Shown here: piece after piece, positions 47,052 to 56,817 of the stretch
How the letters are laid out: the number at the start of each line of letters is the position of its first letter
Numbering within the stretch: position 1 is the stretch's first letter
NCBI GenBank assembly: GCA_965198285.1
Contig: OZ240251.1
Span: 821,752 to 885,751, forward strand
DNA: 64,000 bases
Source: Chloroflexota bacterium
GTDB lineage: Bacteria; Chloroflexota; UBA11872
Direction of reading: 5' to 3'
Translations under genes and position numbers: made by a program
The notes under the pieces: model-generated
Told to the model about the DNA's origin: nothing
The model's database searches: none
What the model saw: the letters and a program-made list of their open reading frames with translations, nothing else

Positions 47052-49700
47052 ATGCCGCTGGGACTGCTGAAGCGAATAGTTGGCGACGATGCCGGCCGCA
47101 CCGCGCGCCGCTTCGCGCCGCTGGTCAAACGCATCAACGCGCTGGAGTCCGACGTGCGGGCCTGCTCGGACCAGGAATTGCTCGGCAAGACGCCTGAATT
47201 CCGGCAGCGCCTCGACGCAGGCGAGAAACTGGACGACTTGCTGCCAGAAGCCTTCGCCACCGTGCGCGAAGCCGTGCGACGTCACACCGGCGAGCGGCAG
47301 TTCGACGTGCAACTCATCGGCGGCGCGGTGCTGCATGGCGGCGACATTGCCGAGATGCGCACCGGCGAAGGCAAGACTTCGGTGGCCACGCTGGCCGCCT
47401 ATCTCAACGCCTTGCCCGACGAGGGCGTGCACATCGTCACCGTCAACGATTACCTGGCCAACCGCGACGCCAACTGGTATGGCCGGGCGTTGGTGGAGCG
47501 GCTTGGGCTGCGCGTCGGCGTCATCCAGCACGGCATGGCCGTCGACGAGCGGCGCGCCGCCTATGCCGCCGACCTGACCTTCGGCACCAACAACGAGTTC
47601 GGGTTCGACTACCTGCGCGACAACATGGTCCACGCGCTGGACGAGCGTGTGCAGCGCGGCTTGCACTACGGGATCGTTGACGAAGTCGACAACATCCTCG
47701 TCGACGAGGCGCGCACGCCGCTCATCATCTCCGGCGCGGCCGAGCAGTCCACCCAGCACTACTACCAAATGGCGCAGGTGGTGCGGCGGCTTGCGGAAGA
47801 GGCCCACTACACGCTCGATCTGAAGCTGCGCACGGCCAGCCTCACCGAGACCGGCATCGCCGCCCTGGAGCGAATGCTCAACGTCGACAACCTCTACGAC
47901 GAAGCGTCGTTCCAGCTCGTCCACTACGTCGAGCAGGCCCTGCGCGCCCACGCCATCTACAGCCGCGGACGCGACTACGTGCTGTTCCGAGACGGTCGCG
48001 TGGTTGAGGGACGTGACCGGCGTGCCGAGGTCGTCATCGTGGACGAATTCACCGGCCGCCTGATGCACGGCCGCCGCTATAGCGAAGGTCTGCATCAGGC
48101 GATTGAGGCCAAGGAAGGCGTCGAGGTCCAGCGCGAGAGCCAGACGCTGGCCACCGTCACCTTTCAGAACTACTTCCGCATGTACGACAAGCTCGCGGGC
48201 ATGACGGGTACCGCCAAGACCGAAGAGCAGGAATTCCGATCCATCTACGACCTGAACGTCACGGTCGTGCCCACCAACCTGGAAATGGTCCGCGACGATC
48301 GGCCGGATCTGGTCTACCGCACGGCCAAGGCGCGTGATGAAGCCCTGATTGACGCTTTGGCGGAGATTCACGCCGTCGGCCAGCCGATTCTCGTCGGTAC
48401 CACCTCGATTGAGAAGTCCGAGGCGCTCAGTCAGCTCATCCAGCGGCGCGGCATTCCGCACAACGTCCTGAACGCCAAGTACCACGCCCACGAAGCCGTG
48501 ATCGTGGCCGACGCAGGTCGCGAAGGCGCTGTGACGATTGCCACCAACATGGCCGGGCGCGGCACCGACATCATCCTGGGTGGCAAGCCTGAGGGACTTG
48601 CTGCCGCCGACTGGCAGGCCGGGCATGACCGTGTGGTGGAGCTTGGCGGCCTCTACGTGCTGGGCACGGAACGCCACGAGGCCCGCCGCATCGACAACCA
48701 GCTCCGTGGCCGCTCCGGTCGCCAGGGCGACCCTGGCGGCTCGCAGTTTTACCTGTCGCTCGAAGACGACCTCATGCGTCGCTTCAGTTCCGACAAGATC
48801 AAGGGCGTCATGCAGCACTTGGGCGTCGAGGAGCACGTGCCTATCGAGAGCGGCATGGTTTCGCGGGCCCTGGAGTCCGCCCAGACCAAGGTCGAGGCCC
48901 ACAACTACGAGATGCGCAAATACGTGCTGGAGTTCGACAACGTCATCAACCAGCAGCGCGGCGTGATCTACGACCAACGCGAGCGCGTGCTCAACGCCGA
49001 CGACCTGGAAGCGCTGTTCCTGGAAATGCTGGGTCAGGAAGTCGAGCGGCTCGTGGAAGCCCACGGCATTGAGCCGCATTCCGACATTTCCGAACTCGAG
49101 CCGCTCACGCAGGCCTACGCGGTGGCCATCGGCATTGACGGCCAGCAACTAGTCCCCGCCGGCGACCTGGAGGGGTTGAAGAGCGACGACGTGGCCGAGC
49201 TGCTCAGCGCGGACGGCGAGGCTCGCTACAAACAGCGCCTGGCCGACATCCCGCCGGACCTGGCGCCGCGGCTCCTGCGCTGGATGATGCTGCAGACCAT
49301 CGACTACCTCTGGGTCAGTCACCTGACAGCTATCGAGGACGTGCGCCAGGGGATCGGCCTGCGGGCCTACGGGCAGCAGGATCCGCTGGTGGCGTTCAAG
49401 CGCGAAGCCTTCGGGATGTTCAGCGAGCTGATTGCCTCGATCCGCGCGGACATCGTTCGGCGCTTCTTCCGAGTTCAGCTTCAGGCCCCGGTCGAGGAAG
49501 AGACCGTGCTGACCCGCCACCGCGACAGCCTGACCGACACGCCGGCGGCCACGGAGGACCGTCCAGCGGCGATCGCGCAGTCGGCCGCCAATCGCAACGG
49601 CGACGGCCAGGCGCCCCGCCTCAGCCGACGCCAGCGACGCGCCCAGGAACGCGCCCGCAAGAAGCGCGAACGTCGGCGTAAGCGCCAGCGCGTCCACTAG
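47052..49700 (+). CDS. secA: preprotein translocase subunit SecA
   Basis: MPLGLLKRIVGD..., EMRTGEGKT, DEVDNILVDEARTPLIISG. Confidence 0.95.
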   Translation: MPLGLLKRIVGDDAGRTARRFAPLVKRINALESDVRACSDQELLGKTPEFRQRLDAGEKLDDLLPEAFATVREAVRRHTGERQFDVQLIGGAVLHGGDIAEMRTGEGKTSVATLAAYLNALPDEGVHIVTVNDYLANRDANWYGRALVERLGLRVGVIQHGMAVDERRAAYAADLTFGTNNEFGFDYLRDNMVHALDERVQRGLHYGIVDEVDNILVDEARTPLIISGAAEQSTQHYYQMAQVVRRLAEEAHYTLDLKLRTASLTETGIAALERMLNVDNLYDEASFQLVHYVEQALRAHAIYSRGRDYVLFRDGRVVEGRDRRAEVVIVDEFTGRLMHGRRYSEGLHQAIEAKEGVEVQRESQTLATVTFQNYFRMYDKLAGMTGTAKTEEQEFRSIYDLNVTVVPTNLEMVRDDRPDLVYRTAKARDEALIDALAEIHAVGQPILVGTTSIEKSEALSQLIQRRGIPHNVLNAKYHAHEAVIVADAGREGAVTIATNMAGRGTDIILGGKPEGLAAADWQAGHDRVVELGGLYVLGTERHEARRIDNQLRGRSGRQGDPGGSQFYLSLEDDLMRRFSSDKIKGVMQHLGVEEHVPIESGMVSRALESAQTKVEAHNYEMRKYVLEFDNVINQQRGVIYDQRERVLNADDLEALFLEMLGQEVERLVEAHGIEPHSDISELEPLTQAYAVAIGIDGQQLVPAGDLEGLKSDDVAELLSADGEARYKQRLADIPPDLAPRLLRWMMLQTIDYLWVSHLTAIEDVRQGIGLRAYGQQDPLVAFKREAFGMFSELIASIRADIVRRFFRVQLQAPVEEETVLTRHRDSLTDTPAATEDRPAAIAQSAANRNGDGQAPRLSRRQRRAQERARKKRERRRKRQRVH

Positions 49701-49717
49701 CCGGGAGTTCTTCGCTT

Positions 49718-50849
49718 ATGACCGACGCCGTCGACACCACCGATCTTGAGGGCCGCGCGCGCCGCGCCCGGCAGCGCGTGACCGAGATTCGGAGGCATCT
49801 TTGACTTGGCGGCCAAGCGAGACGCGCTAGCCGAACTCGACCGTCAGGTAGCCGCTCCCAACCTCTGGGACGATCCTTCCCGCGCCCGCGACGTCATGCG
49901 CCGCTACCGGCAAGTCCAGGACGAAGTCGACCTGTGGGACCAGTTGGACGCCGAAGCGGACGACGTGGTCGGCCTTGTGGAGTTCCTGGATCCGGGTGAC
50001 GCCGAGCTCCAGCAGGAAATCGCGGGCGAAGTCGCCGCCCTGGAGACCCGCCTGGCTTCGTTGGAGTTTCAACTCCTGTTGGGTGACGAGTACGACGAGT
50101 ACGACGCCTTCCTGACCGTCCAGTCAGGCGCGGGCGGCACCGAGTCGCAGGACTGGGCCGAGATGCTGCTGCGCATGTACTCCCGCTGGGCCGATGCGCG
50201 CGCGTTCACGCCTGAGGTTGTGGATATCTCGCACGGCGAAGAGGCGGGCATCAAGAGCGCGACGCTGCGCGCTTCGGGCCGTTACGCCTACGGCTATCTC
50301 AAGGCCGAGCGCGGGGTTCATCGGCTCGTCCGGCTCTCGCCGTTCGACGCCAGCAATCGCCGCCACACCTCCTTCGCGCGCGTGGACGTCGTGCCGGTAC
50401 TGGAGGATCTGAACGAGGTGGCGATCAGCCCGGATGAGCTTCGCGTTGAGACGTTCCGGGCCAGTGGCGCCGGCGGCCAGTACGTCAACAAGACCGACTC
50501 GGCGGTACGCATCCGTCACGAGCCCACCGGCATCGTGGTCTCGTGCCAAAACCAGCGCTCGCAGCACCAGAACCGCGAGGTCGCCATGGAAATGCTCGGC
50601 GCGCGCCTGCTGGAACGGCAGATCGCCGAGCGCGAGGCTAAGCAGGCCCGGCTGCGCGGCGACCAGGCCGCCGTCGACTTCGGCAGCCAGATTCGCTCCT
50701 ACGTCCTGCATCCCTATCGCCAGGTGAAGGACCTGCGCACCGGGCTCGAGGTCGGCAACGCGGACGCAGTGCTTGATGGACGCATCGATCCCTTTATCGA
50801 GGCGTGGCTCCGCGCGTCGATTTCGGCCGGAAGCGACGCCCGCGCGTGA
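49718..50849 (+). CDS. prfB: peptide chain release factor 2, expressed via programmed +1 frameshift at CTT TGA C (49799-49805)
   Basis: Frame-0 ORF MTDAVDTTDLEGRARRARQRVTEIRRHL ends at in-frame TGA 49802. The +1 frame continues DLAAKRDALAELD...SGAGGQYVNKTDSAVR (GGQ motif). Confidence 0.9.
49791..49805 (+). promoter_or_regulatory. prfB autoregulatory frameshift cassette: internal SD-like GGAGG, 3-nt spacer, CTT TGA C
   Basis: Read directly. Identical architecture to the E. coli prfB recoding site. Confidence 0.85.
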
Positions 50850-52048
50850 TCGCCGGGCTGCCAGATCGGGCGCCCGGGCGTCTCGTGGCGGCCATCGTCG
50901 CGCTTGGCGTGGTCGGCCTCGCCTGGCTCAGCTTCGGTGCGTCCCCGGTCGGCGCGGCCCCATCGCTTCAGGCCGATCTCGGCGCTGACGTCGAGATACG
51001 TTCCGCTATCACCTTCCGTCTCGATGCGCCGTGGATTGGTCCGCCGCCGTCCAGCGTGTCCATCCTGTTCGGGCTACCGCACGGCACGGTCACTCGGCGC
51101 GGCCGCGCGCCGTTCGAAGTTGCCGACGGCCGCCTGACCGCCTCGCACCGCTGGCGTCCCCGTGGGACGCTCCTTCCGGGCGCCGAGATCGAATACCGGT
51201 TCGCGGTTCGTGGCTCGGAGGGTACGGCGCACACCGCAACTAGCACCGTGACCTACATCGACCGCGAACTCACCTGGCAGAACCAGTCCGAAGGCCTGGT
51301 GGACATCTGGTGGTATGCGGGCGGGGAGGGTCTGGCCACTGACGCCGTGAATGGTGTGCGCCGCGGGCTGGCGGCGCTCGAGGCCGACTTCGGGTTGCAA
51401 CTCCAGCGCCGGACGCGGCTGGTCCTCTATGCCGACGATGCCCGCATGCGCGCCGACATGGGCCGCGGCACGCGCCCGTGGGTGGGCGGCGTCGCCGCCG
51501 CCCGGTTTAATCTGATCGTGCTCTATGCCTCCGAGTTCGAATGGGGTCGAACCACGCTCCCCTCCACCATTGCCCACGAGTTGACGCACATTGCCATCGA
51601 ACACGCCATCGGCGAGCCACCGCGGAACCTACCGAGCTGGCTACACGAAGGCGTTGCCACCGTCGTCGAAGGCGCCGTGGCTGAGCGCTTCTCCTACGAC
51701 GACATCCTGGCAGCATCCGTGGAAGCGAATCGGCTCGTCTCGTTGCGCGGTCTGACTGGGTCGTTCCCTGTGCAGGGAAGCCGCGCCGTGTTGGCGTACG
51801 CCCAGAGCAACTCCTTCGTCAAGTTCGTCATCGACCGCTGGGGACGTTCCGCTATCACGCAGATCCTGGAGGCCTACCGCGAGGGCTCATCCCAGGACGC
51901 GGCGCTTCGGCAAGCCGTGGGTCTTGGGCTTAATGCGCTCGAACAACAGTGGCTCGCTACCCTTGGCTTGACTGCGACGAGATCCGCGGCGAGTTCGAGC
52001 GTTCCGTCCACCGCTTGGGCATTCGCGCTGCCCCGTGCCCCCACATGA
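50846..52048 (+). CDS. putative peptidase MA-like zinc metalloprotease (HExxH), N-terminal TM
   Basis: TIAHELTHIAIEH zinc-binding motif. Start set at GTG 50846, overlapping the prfB stop (GTGA). The track ORF starts earlier inside prfB. Confidence 0.55.
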   Translation: MIAGLPDRAPGRLVAAIVALGVVGLAWLSFGASPVGAAPSLQADLGADVEIRSAITFRLDAPWIGPPPSSVSILFGLPHGTVTRRGRAPFEVADGRLTASHRWRPRGTLLPGAEIEYRFAVRGSEGTAHTATSTVTYIDRELTWQNQSEGLVDIWWYAGGEGLATDAVNGVRRGLAALEADFGLQLQRRTRLVLYADDARMRADMGRGTRPWVGGVAAARFNLIVLYASEFEWGRTTLPSTIAHELTHIAIEHAIGEPPRNLPSWLHEGVATVVEGAVAERFSYDDILAASVEANRLVSLRGLTGSFPVQGSRAVLAYAQSNSFVKFVIDRWGRSAITQILEAYREGSSQDAALRQAVGLGLNALEQQWLATLGLTATRSAASSSVPSTAWAFALPRAPT

Positions 52049-52725
52049 TCGTTCTGCAAAACGTCACCAAGGTCTACCCCAGCGGGACGGTGGCCCTCGA
52101 CGACGTCAGCCTCCAGATCGACGAGCGCGAGTTCGTGTTCCTCGTGGGCCCCAGCGGCGCCGGCAAGACCACGCTCATCCGGCTCATCAACCGGGACACG
52201 ACGCCTGACAGCGGCAGCGTCTTCGTCGAGAACGTCGACGTCACGCGCATTCCGCGCCGCGCAGTGCCAAAGCTCCGACGTCGCGTCGGCATGATCTACC
52301 AGGACTACAAGCTGCTCCCTGCCTTCTCGGTGCGTCAGAACGTGGAGTTCGTGCTCAAGTCCACCGGCGAGTTCAACGGGCGCACCGCGAAATGGGTAGA
52401 CGAAGCGCTTGACCTGGTGCAGCTAAGCGATCGCGCCGACCATCACCCACACGAACTTTCGGGCGGCGAGCAGCAGCGCGCCGCCATCGCCCGCGCCATC
52501 GTCCGGCGCTGTCCGATCCTCGTCGCCGACGAGCCGACCGGCAACCTGGATCACGCCACCAGCTGGGACACGATTCAACTATTGGTGCGGATCAACGCGC
52601 TCGGCGCAACGGTGCTCATGGCCACCCACAATCGGGAAATCGTGAACACCATGCGGCGCCGCGTCATCGAAATCGCGGATGGCAAGGTCGTGCGCGACGA
52701 ACTCGGCGGCGGTTATGACGGCTAA
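52045..52725 (+). CDS. ftsE: cell division ATP-binding protein FtsE
   Basis: MIVLQNVTKVY, GPSGAGKTT, LSGGEQQR. ATGA overlap with the upstream stop. Confidence 0.9.
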   Translation: MIVLQNVTKVYPSGTVALDDVSLQIDEREFVFLVGPSGAGKTTLIRLINRDTTPDSGSVFVENVDVTRIPRRAVPKLRRRVGMIYQDYKLLPAFSVRQNVEFVLKSTGEFNGRTAKWVDEALDLVQLSDRADHHPHELSGGEQQRAAIARAIVRRCPILVADEPTGNLDHATSWDTIQLLVRINALGATVLMATHNREIVNTMRRRVIEIADGKVVRDELGGGYDG

Positions 52726-53608
52726 GCTCAACGTCCTGCGCTACGTGTTGGGCGCCGCCATGCTCGGCCTCTGGCGCAACCGCACCATGACTCTGGGCGC
52801 CGTGGTGACCACGGCCGTCATGCTGGTCACCCTGGCCGCCTTCCTCGCGATCAACGACACGCTGAACGAGATGGTCACGGCGCTCGGCCGCAAGAGCAAC
52901 CTGATCGCCTATGTCCGCGACGACGCGCGCCCCTCCCGGATCACCGCGATCATGCGGGACCTGGAGCAACGGCCCGGTGTTGGTGAGGTCCTCTTCGTCA
53001 CCAAGGACGATGCCCTCCGCATCTTCCAGGAGCGTTTCTTCGACCAGCGCGACGTGATCGACATCCTGCAGGCCAACCCTCTACCGGCCAGCGTCGAGCT
53101 CCGGATGGACGACCCGGCGGTCCTGCCGGCGCTGGCCGAAGAGTTGCGCGGGTTGACGGATGTGTTCGAGAGCGTGGCGGTGCCGCTCGACGTGGTCGAG
53201 CGCCTGATCTCCATCAGCAACGTCTCGCGCGCCGCCGGCACGGCCATGATCGTGGCGCTCACCGCCGTCGCCTTGTTCGTGATCGCCAACACCATCCGCA
53301 TCGCGGTCTACGCGCGCCGGCAGGAGATCGAAATCATGAAGCTGGTCGGCGCGACCGACTGGTTCGTGCGCGGCCCGTTCATCATCGAGGGCGCCGTGAT
53401 CGGCCTGGTGGGCGCCACGCTGGCCGCGATCGCGCTCATAGTGCTCTACCTGCAGGCCGCGCCAACTGTTACCCGGATCATCTCGTTCTTGCCCATCGCC
53501 ACCGATGTGTCGTTCGTCCGCAACCTCGCCGTCTTCATCGTGCTGGTCGGATTCGTGGTTGGCAGCGTCGGGAGCTACGTCTCTGTGCGCCGCTACCTCG
53601 CGGTATAG
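52715..53608 (+). CDS. ftsX: cell division permease FtsX
   Basis: 4-TM FtsX topology with a large extracytoplasmic loop. Start at MTAKLNVLRYV, overlapping the ftsE 3' end. Confidence 0.85.
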   Translation: MTAKLNVLRYVLGAAMLGLWRNRTMTLGAVVTTAVMLVTLAAFLAINDTLNEMVTALGRKSNLIAYVRDDARPSRITAIMRDLEQRPGVGEVLFVTKDDALRIFQERFFDQRDVIDILQANPLPASVELRMDDPAVLPALAEELRGLTDVFESVAVPLDVVERLISISNVSRAAGTAMIVALTAVALFVIANTIRIAVYARRQEIEIMKLVGATDWFVRGPFIIEGAVIGLVGATLAAIALIVLYLQAAPTVTRIISFLPIATDVSFVRNLAVFIVLVGFVVGSVGSYVSVRRYLAV

Positions 53609-53618
53609 GAGTGCGCCT

Positions 53619-54299
53619 CTGATCGTTGTGCAGGGAGTTAGCAAGCGCTACGACGGAGAGGTGGCGCTCGCGGACGTTTCAATCGCGATCGCCCGCGGCG
53701 AGTTCGCCTTTCTGATAGGCGCCAACGGCGCGGGCAAGACCACCCTGCTCCGGATTCTCCTGCGCGAGGAACCGTTCGACACCGGCGTCGTGCTGGTCAA
53801 CGGCGTCGACGTGTCCAAGATTCGCGGCGCCGCGCTCACTAAATTTCGCCGGCGTATTGGCGTGGTGTTTCAGGACACCCGCCTGCTGCCCAACGCCACC
53901 GTCCGCGAAAACGTCGGCTTGCCCTTGCAGGTCCGCGGCCACGCCAGCCGGGACATCGACGCCGCCGTGGCGGCCGTGCTCGATCGCGTAGCCCTGTCCG
54001 ACAAGGCCGAGCGCTTTCCCCGACAGCTTTCCGGCGGCGAACAGCGCAAGGTCGCGCTGGCGCGCGCCGTCGTTGCCAAGCCCGACATCCTGCTCTGCGA
54101 CGAACCCACCGACAGCATCAACCCCGCCCACGCGCGCGAGATCATCGGCTTGCTGTTTGAAATCAACGGCGAGGGCGTCACCACCCTGGTCGCCACGCAC
54201 GACAGCGAAATCGTGAACGATCTTCGCCGCCGCGTTATCCGCATGGACGCCGGCGCCGTCCTAGCCGACGAACCCGTGGGCGTATTCAACTCAAGCTAA
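53619..54299 (+). CDS. second FtsE-like ABC ATPase (no cognate permease); probable CTG start
   Basis: (L)IVVQGVSKRYDGEV parallels FtsE MIVLQNVTKVY. Carries GANGAGKTT, LSGGEQRK, LLCDEPT. No ATG/GTG/TTG exists in frame outside ftsX. AGGAG at 53607-53611 lies 7 nt before CTG 53619. Confidence 0.7.
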   Translation: MIVVQGVSKRYDGEVALADVSIAIARGEFAFLIGANGAGKTTLLRILLREEPFDTGVVLVNGVDVSKIRGAALTKFRRRIGVVFQDTRLLPNATVRENVGLPLQVRGHASRDIDAAVAAVLDRVALSDKAERFPRQLSGGEQRKVALARAVVAKPDILLCDEPTDSINPAHAREIIGLLFEINGEGVTTLVATHDSEIVNDLRRRVIRMDAGAVLADEPVGVFNSS

Positions 54300-54392
54300 C
54301 GCTACCCGCACCGCCGCCCAACGGCAGCGTTCTCACCGCCCGCTCACCCCGCTGCGATACCGTGGAATCAGCCGCCTCCGGTCGTACGTCCC

Positions 54393-55637
54393 ATGCAACG
54401 CCCCATACGCACTGCCCTGATGCTGGCGGGCTCCGTCATCGCGCTCTGCCTCGTGTTCTCCATCGGCTTCGTCGCCGGCGCCACGGCGCTGGGACCTGGC
54501 ACCCCACCCCCGCAGGTCGTCGCCGGTGATCCGCCGCCGGAACTCAAGGACGACGTCGACGACGTTGACTTCGGACTGTTCTGGGAAGCCTGGCGCGTCC
54601 TTCAGGACAACTTCTACGACGGCCCGCTCGCCGCGGAGACCCTGCGCGAAGGCGCCATTCGTGGGCTGGCTGAGGCAACCGAAGATCCATACACCCTGTA
54701 TCAGGACCCCGAGCAGGCCCGGCGGTCCAGCGCGCGTCTGTCCGGCTCCTTCGTAGGCGTCGGTATCCGCATTGAACTGCGCGACGGGCTGCCTTTCATT
54801 ACCCAGCCGTTGCCGCAATCGCCGGCCGAGGCGGCAGGCATAGGAGTAAACGAGTTCGTGTTGGCGGTTGACGGCGTTTCGACTGAAGGACTGTCGCTGT
54901 CGGAATTCGGTCAGCTCGTGCGCGGCGAGCGTGGTGTGCCGGTCACCCTCACACTGCGTCGCGAAAGCGAGACGACGGAACGCGACGTCACCATCGTGCG
55001 CGACCGGATCGTCGTGCAGTCGGTCACGACCAAAGTCTTCGACGACGTCGGCTACCTGCGAATCGCCAACTTCTCGTCCCGCACGTCCGGCGAAGTCCGC
55101 CGCGCCCTCAACGGATTCCAGACCGTCGGTGTCGAGCGGCTCGTGCTGGATCTGCGCAACAACCCGGGCGGGCTGCTTGATGCCAGCGTCTCAGTGACCA
55201 GCCGCTTCCTCCCGGAAGGCGAACAAATCCTTCGCCGGGAAAGCCGCAACGAGCCGCCGCACGTCTACAACGCCATTAGCGGCTTCCGCGACCTGCGAAC
55301 CCCGCTGGTCGTCCTGGTAAACGCCGGCTCGGCCAGCGGCTCGGAGGTGTTCGCGGGCGCCCTGCAGGCACATGGTCGCGCCACACTGATCGGCGAACAA
55401 ACGCACGGCAAGGGCTCCGTGCAGGAACTGCACAAGCTCTCTGACGGCTCCATCATGCGCGTCACCACCGGCATCTGGATCACTCCAGCCGGCGTCGCCC
55501 TGGCCGGCAGCGGCAGTGGCCTCACCCCGGACGTCGAGGTCGAGATGTCGGACGGCCCGGTCGGCGGCGACGACGATCCGGTGGTTGCGGCCGGTCTGGA
55601 CGCGGTTCGCGCCCTGCCGCTGGACGTTAGCCGCTAG
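54393..55637 (+). CDS. ctpA: S41 family C-terminal processing peptidase with PDZ domain
   Basis: N-terminal TM, a PDZ region and the S41 catalytic region. Confidence 0.85.
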   Translation: MQRPIRTALMLAGSVIALCLVFSIGFVAGATALGPGTPPPQVVAGDPPPELKDDVDDVDFGLFWEAWRVLQDNFYDGPLAAETLREGAIRGLAEATEDPYTLYQDPEQARRSSARLSGSFVGVGIRIELRDGLPFITQPLPQSPAEAAGIGVNEFVLAVDGVSTEGLSLSEFGQLVRGERGVPVTLTLRRESETTERDVTIVRDRIVVQSVTTKVFDDVGYLRIANFSSRTSGEVRRALNGFQTVGVERLVLDLRNNPGGLLDASVSVTSRFLPEGEQILRRESRNEPPHVYNAISGFRDLRTPLVVLVNAGSASGSEVFAGALQAHGRATLIGEQTHGKGSVQELHKLSDGSIMRVTTGIWITPAGVALAGSGSGLTPDVEVEMSDGPVGGDDDPVVAAGLDAVRALPLDVSR

Positions 55638-56778
55638 CCGTCGGCGCCGGCGTTGGACTCGGGGCCGCGCCTGGGATCGCCACGATCAGACGCACGCCGA
55701 ATCCCCGTGCAACCTTGGCCCCCGGACCCGGTTCCTGCCCGACCACAATGTCGCCGGCCGCGCCCTCGGTCGGAATGCGGCGCATCGAGCCGATCAAAAG
55801 ACCGTTGTCGAAAAGCGTCCGCTCGGCCGCGTCCACGGCATGTCCTACCAGCTCGGGAACCACCACCTCCCCAATGCGCACGACTGTGAGCTGCATCTCC
55901 GACCCGCTTGGCGCGGCCGCGCCGCTGGCGGGGACCTGCGCGGCCACCACCCCGTTCGGTACCGAGTCGTCCTCAACATACGTGGTCTCGCCAACCGCAA
56001 GCCCCACCAACTCGATGGCTCGTCGCGCGTCGTCTTCCGCGCGTCCCACGACAAGCGGAACCGACACGATCTCGACCCCGCGGCTGATCTGCAAGACGAC
56101 CACGGAGCGCCGGTCCACCGTGGCGCCCGCCAGCGGCTCCTGGCCCAGCACGGTTCCCGCGGGCACGTCCTCGTTGAAGGCGGCGACTTCGATCACCTGG
56201 AAACCCCGCTGGTCCAGACCGGCGCGCGCGTCCTCTGCCGGCAGCCCGACGACATTAGGGAGCGGTGCCAGCGACGGTCCCCGGCTGACCGTCACGATCA
56301 CCGGCTCCAGTCGCTGAGTCGACGTGCCGGCCGCGGGTTGCTGGCGGATCACCAGCCCCACGGCCACCGTGTCGTCAAACGCCTCCTCAACCTGCGGCCG
56401 GAAGCCTGCGTCTTCCAGCAGTTTGCTCGCCGCCGCCGCGTCCAGGTTCACGACCGACGGCACCTCCGCCACGTCGGCGTTTGGATCTTCACGGCGCGGG
56501 ACCAGTTGCTCGTCGCTGCTCGGGACCGGCGCGCCCGGCTGGAGCAGCGCGCCGGCGTCGTCGGCCAGGTACTGCAGTCCGGCCAGCGGATCGGCCACGG
56601 CGGCCAGCACAATCATGAACACGGTCGCCGCGGCCCCCAGCGCCAGCGCCAGACCCCACACCGGTACGGTGGTCCGCCGAGTGTGCTGCCGGCCGGGGCG
56701 TCGCACCCTCCGCCGAGGACCACGCGCTGCGCGGACACGCGAAACAGGCCTCCGGCGCCGGCTAGCGACGCGGCTCAT
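55627..56778 (-). CDS. PASTA domain-containing membrane protein (no kinase domain)
   Basis: Arg-rich cytoplasmic N-terminus, one TM, then about four PASTA-like repeats. Confidence 0.75.
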   Translation of the reverse strand: MSRVASRRRRPVSRVRAARGPRRRVRRPGRQHTRRTTVPVWGLALALGAAATVFMIVLAAVADPLAGLQYLADDAGALLQPGAPVPSSDEQLVPRREDPNADVAEVPSVVNLDAAAASKLLEDAGFRPQVEEAFDDTVAVGLVIRQQPAAGTSTQRLEPVIVTVSRGPSLAPLPNVVGLPAEDARAGLDQRGFQVIEVAAFNEDVPAGTVLGQEPLAGATVDRRSVVVLQISRGVEIVSVPLVVGRAEDDARRAIELVGLAVGETTYVEDDSVPNGVVAAQVPASGAAAPSGSEMQLTVVRIGEVVVPELVGHAVDAAERTLFDNGLLIGSMRRIPTEGAAGDIVVGQEPGPGAKVARGFGVRLIVAIPGAAPSPTPAPTASG

Positions 56779-56817
56779 GCAACTGGATCGTTGAGCCGAA
56801 GGTCGCGGGCCGTCGGC

